DNA from: Chrysemys picta bellii
Taxonomy: Eukaryota
Length of the DNA stretch: 64,000 bases
Assembly (NCBI RefSeq): GCF_011386835.1
Contig: NC_088791.1
Span: 351,416,001 to 351,480,000, forward strand
Direction: 5' to 3'
Both the position numbers and the translations under genes were made by a program. Below the pieces are notes generated by a model. The model ran no database searches and had not been told where the DNA came from. It worked only from the letters and a program-made list of their open reading frames with translations. Shown one piece after another: positions 33,872 to 47,470 of this stretch (its first letter is position 1; each line of letters opens with the position of its first letter).

Positions 33872-34907
33872 TTTCAGAGTAGCAGCCGTGTTAGTCTGTA
33901 TCCGCAAAAAGAAGATTGACAGATTGAAAAAACAGATTGACAGAGCCAGACGAGTACCCAGAAGTCACCTCCTACAAGACAGGCCCAACAAAGAAAATAA
34001 CAGAACACCACTAGCTGTCACCTTCAGCCCCCAACTAAAACCCCTCCAGCGCATCATCAGAGATCTACAACCTATCCTGAAAGATGATCCTTTACTCTCA
34101 CAGATCTTGGGAGACAGACCTGTCCTCGCTTACAGACAACCCCCCAACCTAAAGCAAATACTCACCAGCAACCACACATCACTGAACAAAACCACTAACC
34201 CAGGAACCTATCCTTGTAACAAACCCCGATGCCAACTCTGTCCACATATCTATTCCAGTGACATCATCATAGGACCTAATCACATCAGCCATACCATCAG
34301 GGGCTCGTTCACCTGCACATCTACCAATGTGATATATGCCATCATGTGCCAGCAATGCCCCTCTGCCATGTACGTTGGCCAAACCGGACAGTCTCTACGC
34401 AAAAGAATTAATGGACACAAATCTGACATCAGGAATCAAAATACTCAAAAACACTTTAACCTGTCCGGTCATTCAGTGACAGACCTGCGGGTGGCTATAT
34501 TACAACAGAAAAACTTCAAAAACAGACTCCAAAGAGAGACTGCTGAGCTAGAATTGATATGCAAACTAGACACAATCAACTCCGGTTTGAATAAGGACTG
34601 GGAATGGCTGAGCCATTACAAACATTGAATCTATCTCCCCTTGTAAGTATTCTCACACTTCTTAACTGTCTGTACTGGGCTAGCTTGATTATCACTTCAA
34701 AAGTTTTTTTTTCTCTTAATTAATTGGCCTCTCAGAGTTGGTAAGACAACTCCCACCTGTTTATGCTCTCTGTATGTGTGTATATATATCTCCTCAATAT
34801 ATGTTCCATTCTATATGCATCCGAAGAAGTGGGCTGTAGTCCACGAAAGCTTATGCTCTAATAAATTTGTTAGTCTCTAAGGTGCCACAAGTACTCCTGT
34901 TCTTCTT
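33872..34907 (+). mobile_element. Penelope-like retroelement, 5'-truncated, GIY-YIG endonuclease region plus pLTR
   Basis: ORF 33822-34628 has CxxxRCxxC and VIYAIMCQQCPSAMYVGQTGQSLRKRINGH...GLN (GIY-YIG type); 12-bp target-site duplication attgatgagact at 33860-33871 and 34908-34919. The first residues of the track ORF are flanking DNA. Confidence 0.9.
34815..34856 (+). ncRNA. Minimal type I hammerhead ribozyme motif in Penelope pLTR (CCGAAGA core variant)
   Basis: GCAT-CCGAAGA-A-GTGGG/TCCAC stem II-GAAA-GCTTA-TGC; stem I gcat/atgc; palindromic AAGCTT stem III, as described for Penelope hammerheads. Confidence 0.65.
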
Positions 34908-35919
34908 ATTGATGAGACTGGGATTGTTACCTCACAAAGGAGATGAATAAGAGGGGATATGAGAAAAGTCTATAAATTACTGACTGATAGACAAGTTTCA
35001 GAGGGATGACTGGTAGATAACACAAGATCAAAAGAGGACATTCAGTTAAACTGAAATGTGGCAAATTCAAAACAGATAAAAAAAGAATGCTTTCTTCACT
35101 TGATGCCTAATTAGACTGAGGAACTCATTGTCGCAAGACATAATTGGGTCCATGAGCTAAGCAAGGATCAGGAAGTATTTGGACATTTACATGGATAGTG
35201 AGACTATCCAGTTACAATAGTAACAGCTAAATAAATATTTTGGAAAGCCCATAAGCCAATGTGTTTCAGGGCACAAGCCAATCTCTAGCAGTTAGGCATT
35301 AGGGTAACAACCTCCTGATAGTCAATTCATCCCCTCATCTACCCACTGCTGGGTTTCTAACACCTTCTTCTACAGCACTGGCCACTGTCACTGTCAGATG
35401 GAAGACACTGGACTGGATGGACCATAGGCCTGATCCATGATGCAATTCCTATGTTGGAAAGGATTCAAGTTTCCCCCATGGAAACAGACATTATCCTGCT
35501 GGGCTATGACTTTGTGCTCAACAGAATGGGCATGAAGGGCACAAGGGTCTTGGTATTTAGGGCTACAGGACTGCACCTCTGTTACCTCCCCACTTTCTTT
35601 TGGTGAGACACTTTCTTGCAGGCACCCACCTTTGTCTGAGAAATGATGCTGGTCTCAATCGCGGGAAGCACAATGACTCTGAGCAAGATTTGGGGTTGTG
35701 AAGGGATAATTAGCTAACCATAAGACTCCCACTTTTACGGTTTGGGCAAAATAGCTTATGCGATCCTGGGATGATAACCGGGGGAACCTCAAGTTGGAGC
35801 AGAGAGGTTATTTTACCTCTGTATTTTACTCTAGTGGCCTGCTACTGCAATCCTGTATCCAGTCTTGATGTCCACAATTCAAGAAAGAGGGTTGAGAGAC
35901 GAGCCACCTGAATAAGTAA

Positions 35920-36106
35920 CAAAGGGGTAGCCATGTTAGTCTGGATCTGTAAAAGCAGCAAAGAGTCCTGTGGCACCTTATAGACTAACAGACGTATTGG
36001 AGCATGAACTTTCATGGGTGAATACCATGAAAGCTCACTCACGAAAGCTCATGCTCCAATACGTCTGTTAGTCTATAAGGTGCCACAGGACTCTTTGCTG
36101 CTTTTA
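35920..36106. mobile_element. Penelope pLTR-derived hairpin insertion
   Basis: About 73-bp inverted arms (35949-36021 and 36036-36107); flanking duplication ctgaataagtaa at 35908-35919 and 36107-36118. Confidence 0.8.
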
Positions 36107-36361
36107 CTGAATAAGTAAAGAATTGAAAACCTGCCTTATAGTGCTAAGGGGAGACTTGGTCACAGTCTATAAGTACCTACATGGGGAACAAATAATTAAT
36201 GTGAGCTCTTCAGTGTAGCAGAGAAAGGTCTAACACAATCCAATGGCTGGAAGTTGAAGTTAGACACATTCTGACGGGAAATAAGGTATACACTTAATAA
36301 ATGGTGAGAGTAATTAACCATGGGAACAATTTTTAAACCAAGATTGGATGTTTCTTTCCAA

Positions 36362-36765
36362 CAATGGGTCTCAGCATTTCCAGACTACTGTATCCTTTTC
36401 AGGAGTCTGATTTGTTTTGTGTACCCCGAGTTTCACCTCACCTAAAAACTACTTGCTTACAAAATCAGACATAAAAATACCCAAGTGACACAGCACGCTA
36501 GTACTGAAAAATGGCTACTTTCTAATTTTTACCATGTACTTATAAAGTAAATAAATTGGAATACACATATTGTACTTACATTTCAGTGTATAGTATAGAG
36601 AGCAGTATAAACAAGTCTGTATGAAATTTTTATTTGTACTGACTTCGCTACTACTTTTCATGTAGCCTGTGGTAAAATTAGGCAACTATCTAGAGCAGTT
36701 GACATACCCCCCGGAAGGCCTCTCTGCACCCCTAGGGGTACGTGTACACTTGGTGAGAACCACTG
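36362..36765. mobile_element. AT-rich hAT (Charlie-like) MITE
   Basis: Degenerate TIRs caatgggtctca / tgagaaccactg; paralogous copy at 60243-60660; TSD not clear. Confidence 0.65.
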
Positions 36766-37944
36766 CTCTAAAAGACCTTCTCTAGTTCAAACACAAATTA
36801 TTTCATGGCAGGTCTCTGGCCTGTGCTATGCGGGAGGTCAGACTACATGAGCACAACGGTCCCTTCTGTCCATGGAAACTACGAACATGTCCCCAGGAGT
36901 CAGCTGGAGGCATTTTGCCTGCATGCTCAAGCCTGAGTTTACTTAAGGCATTTTTTCTATTCGTGACAGTGGTGAGTTTAGCCCTGTGGGGAGAAATTCT
37001 CATGTGACTGTGGTGCCTGGAAATGGGACACTAGGTGGGTATTGCCCGAGGCTGCGGGATCCCGTGACACACTGCATGGATGAATATTTTAGGTGAGAAA
37101 TTATATAACCTGAGCCCATAAAATCTCTGCACTGAGGAATGTATGTACAAGCGTCACCGTGAATGGCTAACAGAGCTGGCTTAGAAATGGTCCCAGAGCA
37201 TCCTGGGTTTAACGTCTGTGTCCCAGTGGCCCACTTGTTTCAGGCATCTGCCAGTGGCTCCTGCACATGGTAGCTGTAGTAATCTAGGCCCTTACATGTG
37301 CCAGAGTTTCCATCTCTCATTATATAATGTGCAAACTTCTCGGCTTGCGAGTTGTTCCTGTGTAGCAGTCCCCGAAGCTTCATGCCGCGTCTATGAGTGC
37401 AACAAGAAAAGCAGCACAGGTGCCCTGGTATTTGCCATTCGTTTGTGAGCTTCTCACTGGTGAGACACAGTCACTGATTACCCCGCAGCCAAGGGAGCAG
37501 GTGTGATGGGAGGCACCTCAGCCCCTGCAGAGGAAGAGTTGTGGTGGGCATAGAGCAGCTCGGAGGTTGTGGGAGCCAGGGATGACTGGGGAGCATGAAG
37601 CAGACACTAGCATCCAGCGTGCTGTTGGAATCAGGGCACCCTGCGATGGGGAAGGAGAGTACGGACAGGGGGTCAGAGTATAATGGAAGAGTGAACCATC
37701 TGAGAAGAAAAGTTCAATGGTTCTTTTCACCGGTGAGATGCCTGAAGTTATGTAGCAACAACAACAATTGGAAACAAAACTGAATAAAGGTTGTGACACC
37801 CAGGTTGCAGCTCTGTGGCTTGTGAGGCAAGAGAGACCCTGATACCCACCCACATGCATTCAAGGCCAGGAAAGGTCCCAGCGCTGGCCTTGGACCAACA
37901 ATCACAAAGGAAAATTCAGTTTCAACAGTATTGGCTGTCTGACC

Positions 37945-38400
37945 ATGTAAACGTTGCTCCCTGCCCCCACAACACCCAGTGTTTGCTCGCCTGTCCCTGT
38001 ACTCCCTGCTCCCAGTCCCCACACGAACCAGTGCTGTCTGCCTCTCCATGTACATACACTCCCCATCCCCACACGAAGCAGTACTGTCCACCTGGCCATG
38101 TAACCCCTGTCTGCCCCAGAGCCCACAGCGCTGACCACCTATCCATGTACACCCCACTCCCACAACCCCCAGCGTTTGATCACCTATACATGAACACCTC
38201 CTGCCTACCCCACAACCCCGATTACTTCCCGTCTGTCCGTGTATACCCTGCTTCCAGTCCCCACAGCCCCAGCGTTTGCTTGCCTATCTGTGTACAGCCC
38301 CTGCCTGCTCCACAACCCCCAGCAATCCCCACCTGCCCATGTACACCCCCCGCATGTCCCACAACACCGAACGCTCCCCACCTGTCCATTTATGTCCCCC
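37945..38400. repeat. Degenerate about 49-bp C-rich minisatellite (about 10 units)
   Basis: Recurrent catgtac..ccccacaacccccagc..tgcctgtc at about 45-52 bp spacing. Confidence 0.7.
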
Positions 38401-39972
38401 ATCTGCACAATTCACACTACTGCCACACAGTGATACCACTCATCCCAGACAAAAGCCAGGTTCCAGACCCCACAGCGACAGCTCACAGAAATACGTCATC
38501 AGGCTAGGTTAAACTCACTGTCTGCCTGCATGGGGAGATCTGTCTGAACTGCCTCTCCAGGGGTGAAGGGAACTCCAGTGTCTGGGGCTCAGCCTGTGCA
38601 GGGAAGGAGTGAGGGACAGACCTGGTGGGAGGAAGAGAGGACGTGGAGACTAAAAAGAACCAGCACGTGTAACTCTTCCTCAAAAGACCCAAAGCTTTAT
38701 CGTATTGCAGTCTGTTAGAAAACCAGACTCCCCTTCCTGAGACTGCTTTTCCATGTTGGCAATTGCTGACATTACCAGGAGGCTGTAGTGGGGTTGCTCA
38801 TGGGGGAAGGGTGGTCCATATGAGCGATGGTGTCTGAGACACACACCCCCACCCCAGGAGGCCTTATTACATCTTGTTGGTCTGTGCATTAGGCAGGATG
38901 CCTGTTCCCTATTTCGACTGTTTTCAGGACCCCACACCATTGTGATCTGGATACAGCACGTCCCCTCGCACATCCTCCCCACCATCACACACACACTGTG
39001 CATTCTGCGACCTCCCCTGGAGAGTTTTCCAACACCACCTGGTTTCCTCTAAGCCAGAAACATGCTTTTATTTTCATGGTTCTCGTCCTCTCCAGAACCT
39101 GAGATCCCACAGCACAGAGAGAGAAGACCCCTCTCCCTACACAAAAAATCGTTATCCTCAGTGTTCTGTAGGTCTGTGAATGTGAGATTTCAGCAAGACT
39201 CTTGTCAGTTGTTATTTTTGGTCCAAATGAACTCACCCATCCTTAGAGGCCACAGGACGATTTCAGTTGAAGTCACTGGCAGCTTCTGGCCGGAGTAAAT
39301 CAGACCATTTATTTAGGTCCCTACATGTGGATTTAGAGTGGCTGTGTTGGAAGAGTGCCATAGATCTCAGTGGGTCCTGCTACCGAGGGCATTATTTTGT
39401 TGTGCTCAGAAAGAGTCTGAAGGAAACTCCCAGTTTATGTGGCATTCTGGGACCAAGCATGAAAGATGGGGATTCCAAAACACATGGGCTTTGATTTTGC
39501 TCTCAGGGAGTCCAATGTCAATCAGAGTGACCCACTGTAGGCAGAATGTGAGAGCAGAATCTGGCCAGTGTGTGACCCATTCTTGTTGTGAACCTTCTGG
39601 TAACACAGATACCTGTTGCAGAGGTTTTGGCTTCACTTCTTCAGAGGCCAGTGAATTTGCTGAATTGGAAAACGTGAGCAAAGCAGAGGAAAAACCACAC
39701 AGCCCCCCCCCCCCCCCCCAAAAAGGAAGCTACTGAGACAGATAGAAGGACACAGTAAAAGACAAGGAACTGATTATACAAATAAATATTTGCCTAAACT
39801 ATTTCCAATACATTAGTAGTTCCAATTTTACCAAGTGAATCCCTTGGTGTTTCTGACAATACTTAAACAGTTCAAGTCACCGTGCTGCTGAATTCCTGCC
39901 CAGATGGTTCTTGAGTTGAACCCTGGAACCCTTCCTGAGCCCTCAGCACTAACTTTAAGGTAGAAACAGGCA

Positions 39973-40220
39973 ACTCACCACAATCCTGCTTAGCAGAGAG
40001 AAGAAATCTCCTTACGGATAGGAAGGAAGAGCCTTAAGAATGAAGGTATGAATCTCACATCGCCATGCTGGGCAGCGATTTTTATGATTCCCCTCTACAG
40101 TCCCTGCAGACTCTCAGATTGGCCAGGACTCCCAGACAATTCCCTTGGCTCCGTGAGCAGATGGAAGAGCAGAAAATAGACCCTGGAGAACTTCAGCTTG
40201 AGAGTCTCCCCCGGGAGTGA
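39973..40220 (-). promoter_or_regulatory. Candidate promoter / first exon of OR52 paralogue 3
   Basis: G|GTGAGT donor at 39973-39979; ACCCTGGAGA at 40180; TCCCCCGGGA at 40207. Confidence 0.5.
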
Positions 40221-42510
40221 AGAAATGATTTGCCGATACCAGGGACTCAAGATTGTCAGGGCAAACTGAGTCTTACAGTCTGTTGTTCAGGCTAGCAATT
40301 GACGTTGTTGTTTTTTCCCCTGTGTGTAATGTACAGCCATCTGCACTGTGTGTGGGAAATGCTGCCACAAGATATGGGACCAAAAACCATTTCAATTGAT
40401 CGTAGCAGAATACCGCTGCATACTGCCCATGCAGTTGTAATATACAGTGCATTACTCGCTGCAAAGTCAATGCCACTCTGTGAAGGCAAAATGAAGTGAA
40501 CTTGAAATGAAGTAAGCCATAGGGCATGGAAAAGGCTTTCTTCTCCCAGGATTCTGGTATCAAAGCTATTTGCCAGTATCTGTTTGTGAGGTCTACGGTG
40601 GATATATATCTGGAAGCTCAAACTCTTCTAATATTTCATCTCCTCTCTGCATCGGGTAATCATCAAATTTCAATATTCTGTGGATCTTTCAGAAATCAGT
40701 GCAGAAAAGGGGTTGTGCTATCCTGTGTGAGAACTAGTACAATGGGACTGCTCCACTCACTGTGGTGTTTTACCATGCTGGGGTGGGAACACGGGTAAAG
40801 GAATCAAACAATTGCTATATACTGATCTTTTGTTCTGGATACAGTCTCTTCCCCATGCGTGCATCACAGGTCCTGTTGCCCTAACTTGGGCTCTGGAAGG
40901 TATGAGTGTGACGAGTTATCAGCCCCGGGGTTCAGTCTGGGATCCCTGGAAACTGCTATGCCTCTCTAACCACCCAGCTGGGCTGGCCCTTTTTCACACT
41001 GCTTTGCTGGTGATTAAGCCTCTCCAGGCACTGTTATCACCCAGCACAACAGCAGATGGCGCCACACACCCAAACTGAGCTACCCGAGGGCTTACTTAAG
41101 CCACCCAAGTACAAACAGCAGACAGCGGGTGTTAGAGGGTTTTTTCTTCACTCTCTCCCTTTCTCTGACTGAATCTACCAAGATAAACACAAGTCACCAA
41201 GGCTTAGGATGTGCGTAGCTGTAATAATCAAGTGTGTGGCACTTGATGGACTGTTGTGCAGGTGGCAACTTACAGGGAACAATGACCCCATCCTGGGGGC
41301 CATGATCCTGTTTAGCAGCCCTTGGTGATACAGTTTGTGCCCATGCGTTTGATTGCAGAACGCTGTGTGTGGATTGCTCTCTCAGACACAAATCCCTGAA
41401 GACTTTAAATGTACCTGCTGTGAAGACTGTTAGTAGCAACATTTCCAGGCCTTGTCACACGTCAGTCTGCTCCGTGGCATCAGTGTGCTTGGTGGCTTCA
41501 CATTTTTGGAAGGAAACTCTTTGTTCAGTGTCATCTTCCTGGATCGATTGATGGCTCTTTGGGCCAGTGCCAGGGAAAGTCTGATGAGGTCTTGTGACTT
41601 CATGGGTTTACCCTGCAGGTTAGGGTGGGGTTCTGCACTGAAGGGCTTTGGTTAAGAGACTAGGAGACCCACTCCATAAAACACACATTGTTTACTGAGT
41701 GATACTGTAGCATACATACACAATAGTAAAAACATGCTCTGTATGGGTTACCGTAATCCTAACTCTGTTCTTGCTACCAGGGCCTTCTGGATCACAAGGC
41801 TAGGAGTCCCTTGTTTGCTGTCCTTCAGGGTCTGAAGAACAAACCAACTCCCCTCTGTCCTGCCCTCTATGCTCCGAGGCAAACATCCCCCTGTGCATGA
41901 ACAAACTTCAAAATAAACCCATTTCTAGACAAACTTTTCCCATTTTCCCACCAACAAACAATGGTAACCACCTACTAATCATATCCATTGTCTATGAACT
42001 CTGTGCATGGCAGGGCCGCACTGTCTCACTAGCTACGGTCTCTGCCCATGGTACAAGGGCACAGTTATCTTACTCTAGAATGGGGCCATGGATGTGGGAG
42101 AAGCACTGTTGTGCTCCCAGTCCTGGTACCCATTGTCCAGAAGGACTCAGACTGACACCAGCTAGGACCAACATCTGGTGAGAGGCCGTCTGTCTCCAGA
42201 GCAGGGATATGAGGGTGGGGCAGTAAGGCCTGGAAGAGGAGATCTCCACTATTGGCAGCTTCTATGTCCAGGTAGAAGATCAGCAGCTCCGAGATCTGTT
42301 CTAGCGAGCAGGGATTAACCTCATTCACTTCACACACCTGGTCTGAGAGACCCAGGTGTCCCAGCCACACTGCCTTCAGTGATACAATCAGACCAAATGC
42401 AGCTCACCTAGGTCCCTTCATCTCCAAGTGCAAGACCCACAGTTACTTCTCACGCTCCCCTGGGACTCTCCCATGTGGATTCTCTGATGTCTAGACCGGG
42501 GCTCCATTTC

Positions 42511-44360
42511 GAACAGGAGTTGCAGCTAGCAAGGGATGTGAAGGGTAACAAGAAGGGTTTCTACAGGTATGTTAGCAACAAGAAGAAAGTCAGGGAAAGT
42601 GTGAGACCTTTACTGAATGGGGAAGGCAACCTAATGACAGGTGATATGGAAAAAGCTGAAGTACTCAATGGTTTCTTTTCTTCAGTCTTCACAGACAAGG
42701 TCAGCTCCCAGCCTGCTGCACTGGGCAGCACAGTATGGGGAGGAGGTGAGCAGCCCTCAGTAGTGAAAGAACAGGTTAAGGACCATTTAGAAAACCTGAA
42801 AATGCACTGGTCCGTGAGTCTGGATGTAATGAATCCAAGGGTACTGAGGGAGTTGACTGATGTGATTGCAGAGCCATTGGCCATTATCTTTGAAAGCTCA
42901 GAACTATCAGGGGAGGTTCCAGACGATTGGAAAAGGGCAAATCTAGTGCCCATCCTTAAAAAAAAGGCGTGAAAGAAGGAGAATCCGGGTAACTACAGAC
43001 CGGTCAGCCTCACCTCAGTCCCTGGAAAAATCATGGAGCAGGTCCTCAAGGAATCCATTTTGAAGCATTTAGAGGAGAGGAAGCTGATCTGGAAGAGTCA
43101 ACATAGATTCACCAAGGGCAAGTCATGCCTAATCAACCTGATTCACTTCTATGATGAGATAACTAGCGCTGTGGATATGTGGAAAATGGTGGATGTGATA
43201 TATCTAGAGTTTAGCAAAGCTATTGTTACCGGCTCCCACAGTATAAATGCCAGCAAGTTAAAAAAGTATGGATTCTATGAATGGACTATAAGGTGGATAG
43301 AAAGCCTGCTAGATCGTCAGCCTCAGTGAGTCTTGATCTATGTCTAATTGGCAGCCGGTATCAAGCGGAGTGCCCCTGTGGTCTGTCCTGGGGCCATATT
43401 TTTTCATCATCTTTATTAATGAAGTGGATGATGGGATGGATAGCACACTGAGCAAGTTCAGAGATGACACTAAGGTGGGGGGAGAGGTAGATATGCTGGA
43501 AGATAGGGATAGGGTCCAGAGTGACCTAGAGAAATTGGAGGATTGGGCCAAAAGAAATCTGATGAGGTTCAAAAAGTACAAGTGTAGACTCCTGCACTTC
43601 TGAGGGAAGAATCCCATGCACCGCGATAGCTGGGAACTGACTTGCTAAGTAGAAGTTCTATAGAAAAGAACCTGGGGATTGCAGTGGACGAGAAGCTGGA
43701 TATGAGTGAACAGTGTGCCCTTCTTGCCCAGAAGGCTGATGGCTGATTGGGCTGCATTAGTAGGAGTATTGCCAGCAAATGGAGGGAAGTGATTATTCTC
43801 CTCTATTTGGCACTGATGAGACCACATCTGGAATACTGTGAACAGTTTTGGGCTCCCCAATACGAAAAAGATGTGGACAAATTGGGAAGAGTCCGGTGGA
43901 AGGCAACGAAAATGAAAAGGGGGCTGGGGAACATGAGCTTATTTAAGAGGAGAGGCTGAGGGAACTGGGCTTATTTAGTCTGCAGAAGAGAAGAGTGAGG
44001 GGGAATTTGATAGCAGCCTTCAACTACCTGAAGGGGGTTTCCAAAGCAGATGGAACTTGGCTGTCCACAGTGGGGGCAGATGACAGAACAAGGAGCAATG
44101 GTCTCAAGTTGCAGTGGTGGTGGGGCGGGGGGGTCTAGGCTCGATATTAGGAAACAGTATTTCATTAGGAGGGTGGTGAAGCAATGGAATGGGTTACCTA
44201 GGGAGGTGGTGGAACCTCCCTCCTTAGAGGTTTTTAAAGTCAGGCTTGACAAAGCCCTGGCTGGGATGATTTAGTTGGAGATTGGTCCTGCTTTCAGCAG
44301 GGGGTTGGACTAGATAACGTCCTGAGGTCTCTTCCAACCCTCATATTCTATGATTCTATG
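42511..44360 (+). mobile_element. CR1 LINE, RT half, disrupted
   Basis: Colinear with 27.6-29.4 kb copy; same tail and same 3' flank (cccatctctgg). Confidence 0.9.
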
Positions 44361-45747
44361 CTCCCATCTCTGGGTATTCCCTGTCATGGCTGCCAGTTCC
44401 TGTAGCTCCTCCTCCCTCTATAGGATGCAGGACCTCCAGCACTCCTGAGCTCCACATAGTCCTTCCATGGTGGCAGCAGCGCCAGGAGTCATCCCTCTAG
44501 TGCAGGTCTCCCCCCTCAGACCCTGCACAGTTGGTCTGTCTACCCTTAGCCCCCCAGCACTTGCCCTCTCTGTTTTCTTGGCACTCTTCCTATGCACCCC
44601 TTCTCCTGCCTTCCCTTTGAGGATTAACCCATGTATGGGCACTGGGACACCACAAATAGCTGTCTCTGGGACATAAGAAAAGTTCACAGTCTGTTCCTCA
44701 CCTGTCCCAGGCCCAGGGGTGATGGAGTATTACTTAAAATTCGGAGCACCTTGGCCCAGCCCCCCTGCCCCTCCTTTTCCACCCAATACCCCTCACTGGC
44801 CAGGCTGGAAGCCAGAGCTGGGTCAAAGAGCCTGGGCCTCTCGGAATGGTGGTGTGGGCCGAGATCAGCTCCCAACCCATTAGCAGATGGAGAGTCCGCG
44901 TCTCCCCATAACTGCCCACATTGCTCTTACTCTGACCCGCTTCCAGCTTATGGCCTGGCCTGGAGGCGGGAACTCAGTAGCTGAAGAGCCACATCAGGGC
45001 CGTGGTAAGAGCTGCCTGGGCAGCTGTGGAGAGCTCCGCACCCTTCATCTGCCCTAGGGGTCAGGGACATGGGCCAGGAGCTGCTTCTGGGCCCCCGACC
45101 CCCAGATCAGTGGAGGGTCTGCTGCTCACCACAGCTTCCCGGGCTCTTGGGCTGCTCTTACCCAGCCTGGCTGGAGACGTAACCTTGGAGTGAAGAGGAG
45201 GGGCAGGATCTGGGCTTGTGGTGAATGGTGGATTTCCCAGGCCCCTCCACTCTCAAATGTGCGAGGACCATGGTCCCTTCTCTGCCTCCCTCCCCGATCT
45301 GGTGCTCGTGCCCAAGACTCCAGCCTGTGCTGAGGTGATACCACAGGTCAGACACCTATCCTGGCAGTGGCCGCATGCCCTCAGGCTCTAGGTGGCAGGA
45401 CCCTTCTCCCCAGCAGCTGCCATCCCATTGGGTTCTTGTCCCCCGTTCTGAGTTCAGCCTTCAAAGCCCTCCTGTCGAGCAACGTCTCCCTGCGCTGGGC
45501 CCTCTGCATTGCTCTTCCCGGCTGCTCTTTGTTCTCGCTGCCGTGTTACTTGTGCCACGGCCGGCATCCACTATCCTGGCTCTGGCCCCACAGCTCCCTG
45601 CTATGGATTTGCCCTGGCTCCCGCATTGCCCCAACTCCTGGCTCTGGTCTGCTCCTGCCCCCCTCCTCTGCATTCTTCCTCAGTGCTTCTGCTTTGCCTC
45701 CGGCCCAGCTCTGCCCTCTGGGCTCTTTTAATGGACCTTCTGGTCTG

Positions 45748-47230
45748 GAGTTGCCAGATTTCTACTGCATTCATAGCCCAATATCACTTAAAAACTAACC
45801 TAAAAGTAGCCCGATCCTTCTTTAAACATGTTTTTTTATTAACACATCGGTGTATACAGCAAGTAACAAGTGAACATTTTTGTTAGATATCTGGTACAAA
45901 TTAGATATTTATTTTTAAAAAAAAGCTACAAGGCACAACAGGAGTTTGTCCACATTAGGAACAAAGCTATGAGATGAAAATCAAATTCACCCCCCTCCAC
46001 CCCTCTTACTGGTGCTTGTATCCTGATTGAGGAATGGTAAATGGTTTTAAAAAAAAACAAAAAAAAACCCAGAATGACGGTGATAAAATATCCGCAAAGG
46101 AAACCAAAATGAATGTAGTACAAAAACTATAGTAAAATGAATATGGTATTTATTTCTAATGGCATTCAATGATGGTAGTCAATCTCCATATGTTGTGTTG
46201 AATTAGTATGTTACTGTTAGTATCTGAAATGCAACATTTCATCCTCACTGTCTTTGTCGGAAGTAGAATGCTTCTGGTGCTGGTCATACATCAGCAGAGA
46301 CCAGTGCAATCATTTCTTTTGTTGGCGCAAACTGTTCACAAGAGAATTTGTGTCGTTGCATATAGGCCCTAACATGAAGAACGTTTTCTAAAAGTTCCCT
46401 CGCATCTTATTGTGCAGTTTTGTTTTTATTAAGTTCACCTGAGAAACAGTCTTTGAACTGCAGTGTTGCAAAAAGGTAGGGACAGCAATGAAAGAGTAAA
46501 CAACCCAAATTCAATAAAGTCTTTGTCCCCAGCGGGATCCATGTGTTTGACAACTTCAATCCAAAACTGCTCAACTTGGTTGTCCTGAGTATGAGGCCAG
46601 TCAATCGTAGGCAAAACTCTCCACTGCTACTCCAATTGTCCAAGGTAGTCACAAACCAATGTCAAAAATGAGGTATTAGCCAATCTAGCTCGTGGAGGGC
46701 TGAGTGCAGTAGAAGTATTTAGTACGTTAAGTGATTCAGTCACCCGGATGTTTGGTGATAATCCCTGTTTCACCTGTTTCACAGACTCCAACATGACATT
46801 TCGACACCTGCTCTTGATGTCTTTGACAATGGGAATGGTTAAGGTGTGTTTTGAAAGCTCTAGCTGAAAGCAACTCTAAAATCGACTGTGCAAAGTGGTA
46901 AGTAACGTGACTCAAAGGTAATATCATAGTTTAACACATCAGTTCGGTTCTCAAAAATAAATTCTCAGCAACAAGCTCTAGCCACAATTATTCACACATT
47001 CCAACTGAAACATTTGGTTTCTGCTCCAGGATTAAAGAAGAATTAAAAGTAGAAAAATAAGGTAAATTTTGTTCACCAGACTGCTGTTCAGCACTGTAAT
47101 TTCTTATTTTGCCTTTGGCTATGTAAAAGTGTAGCTTCTGTTTGTCGAACTGATTAAGAACCCTATTCACACAGGAACTAATGGAAACCCACCTTCCTTC
47201 AGAAACGTGCAATATCTTCTGGTGGACTGG
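45748..47230 (-). mobile_element. Degraded hAT transposon, unit 4
   Basis: Colinear paralogue. Confidence 0.62.
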
Positions 47231-47470
47231 TAGTCACAGAAAGGCCGAGTGACATGGTGTGTGGGGTTGGGGACTGATGGGTGACACTGAAAGAGATCAG
47301 GTGATGGTCAGAGAGGGAACTTGGTGATGCAGAGATAAGACATTAGGTGTGAGGAGCTTCTCAGATTCTAAACTTCCACAATGCTGACTGGGACAGAGCA
47401 CCCTTGATTAATGAGGAGATATCCTTTCCCCCTCTTGTTGCACAGTTTTAAAGTCAGTGGCCTCTGGTGA

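Noticed and set aside
33822-34628. 268-aa ORF as a host gene
   Set aside because: Chimera of old CR1 flank, inverted pLTR and the Penelope GIY-YIG region inside a TSD-flanked insertion.
37945-38400. CRISPR-like array
   Set aside because: Eukaryotic context; units are degenerate tandem repeats without unique spacers.
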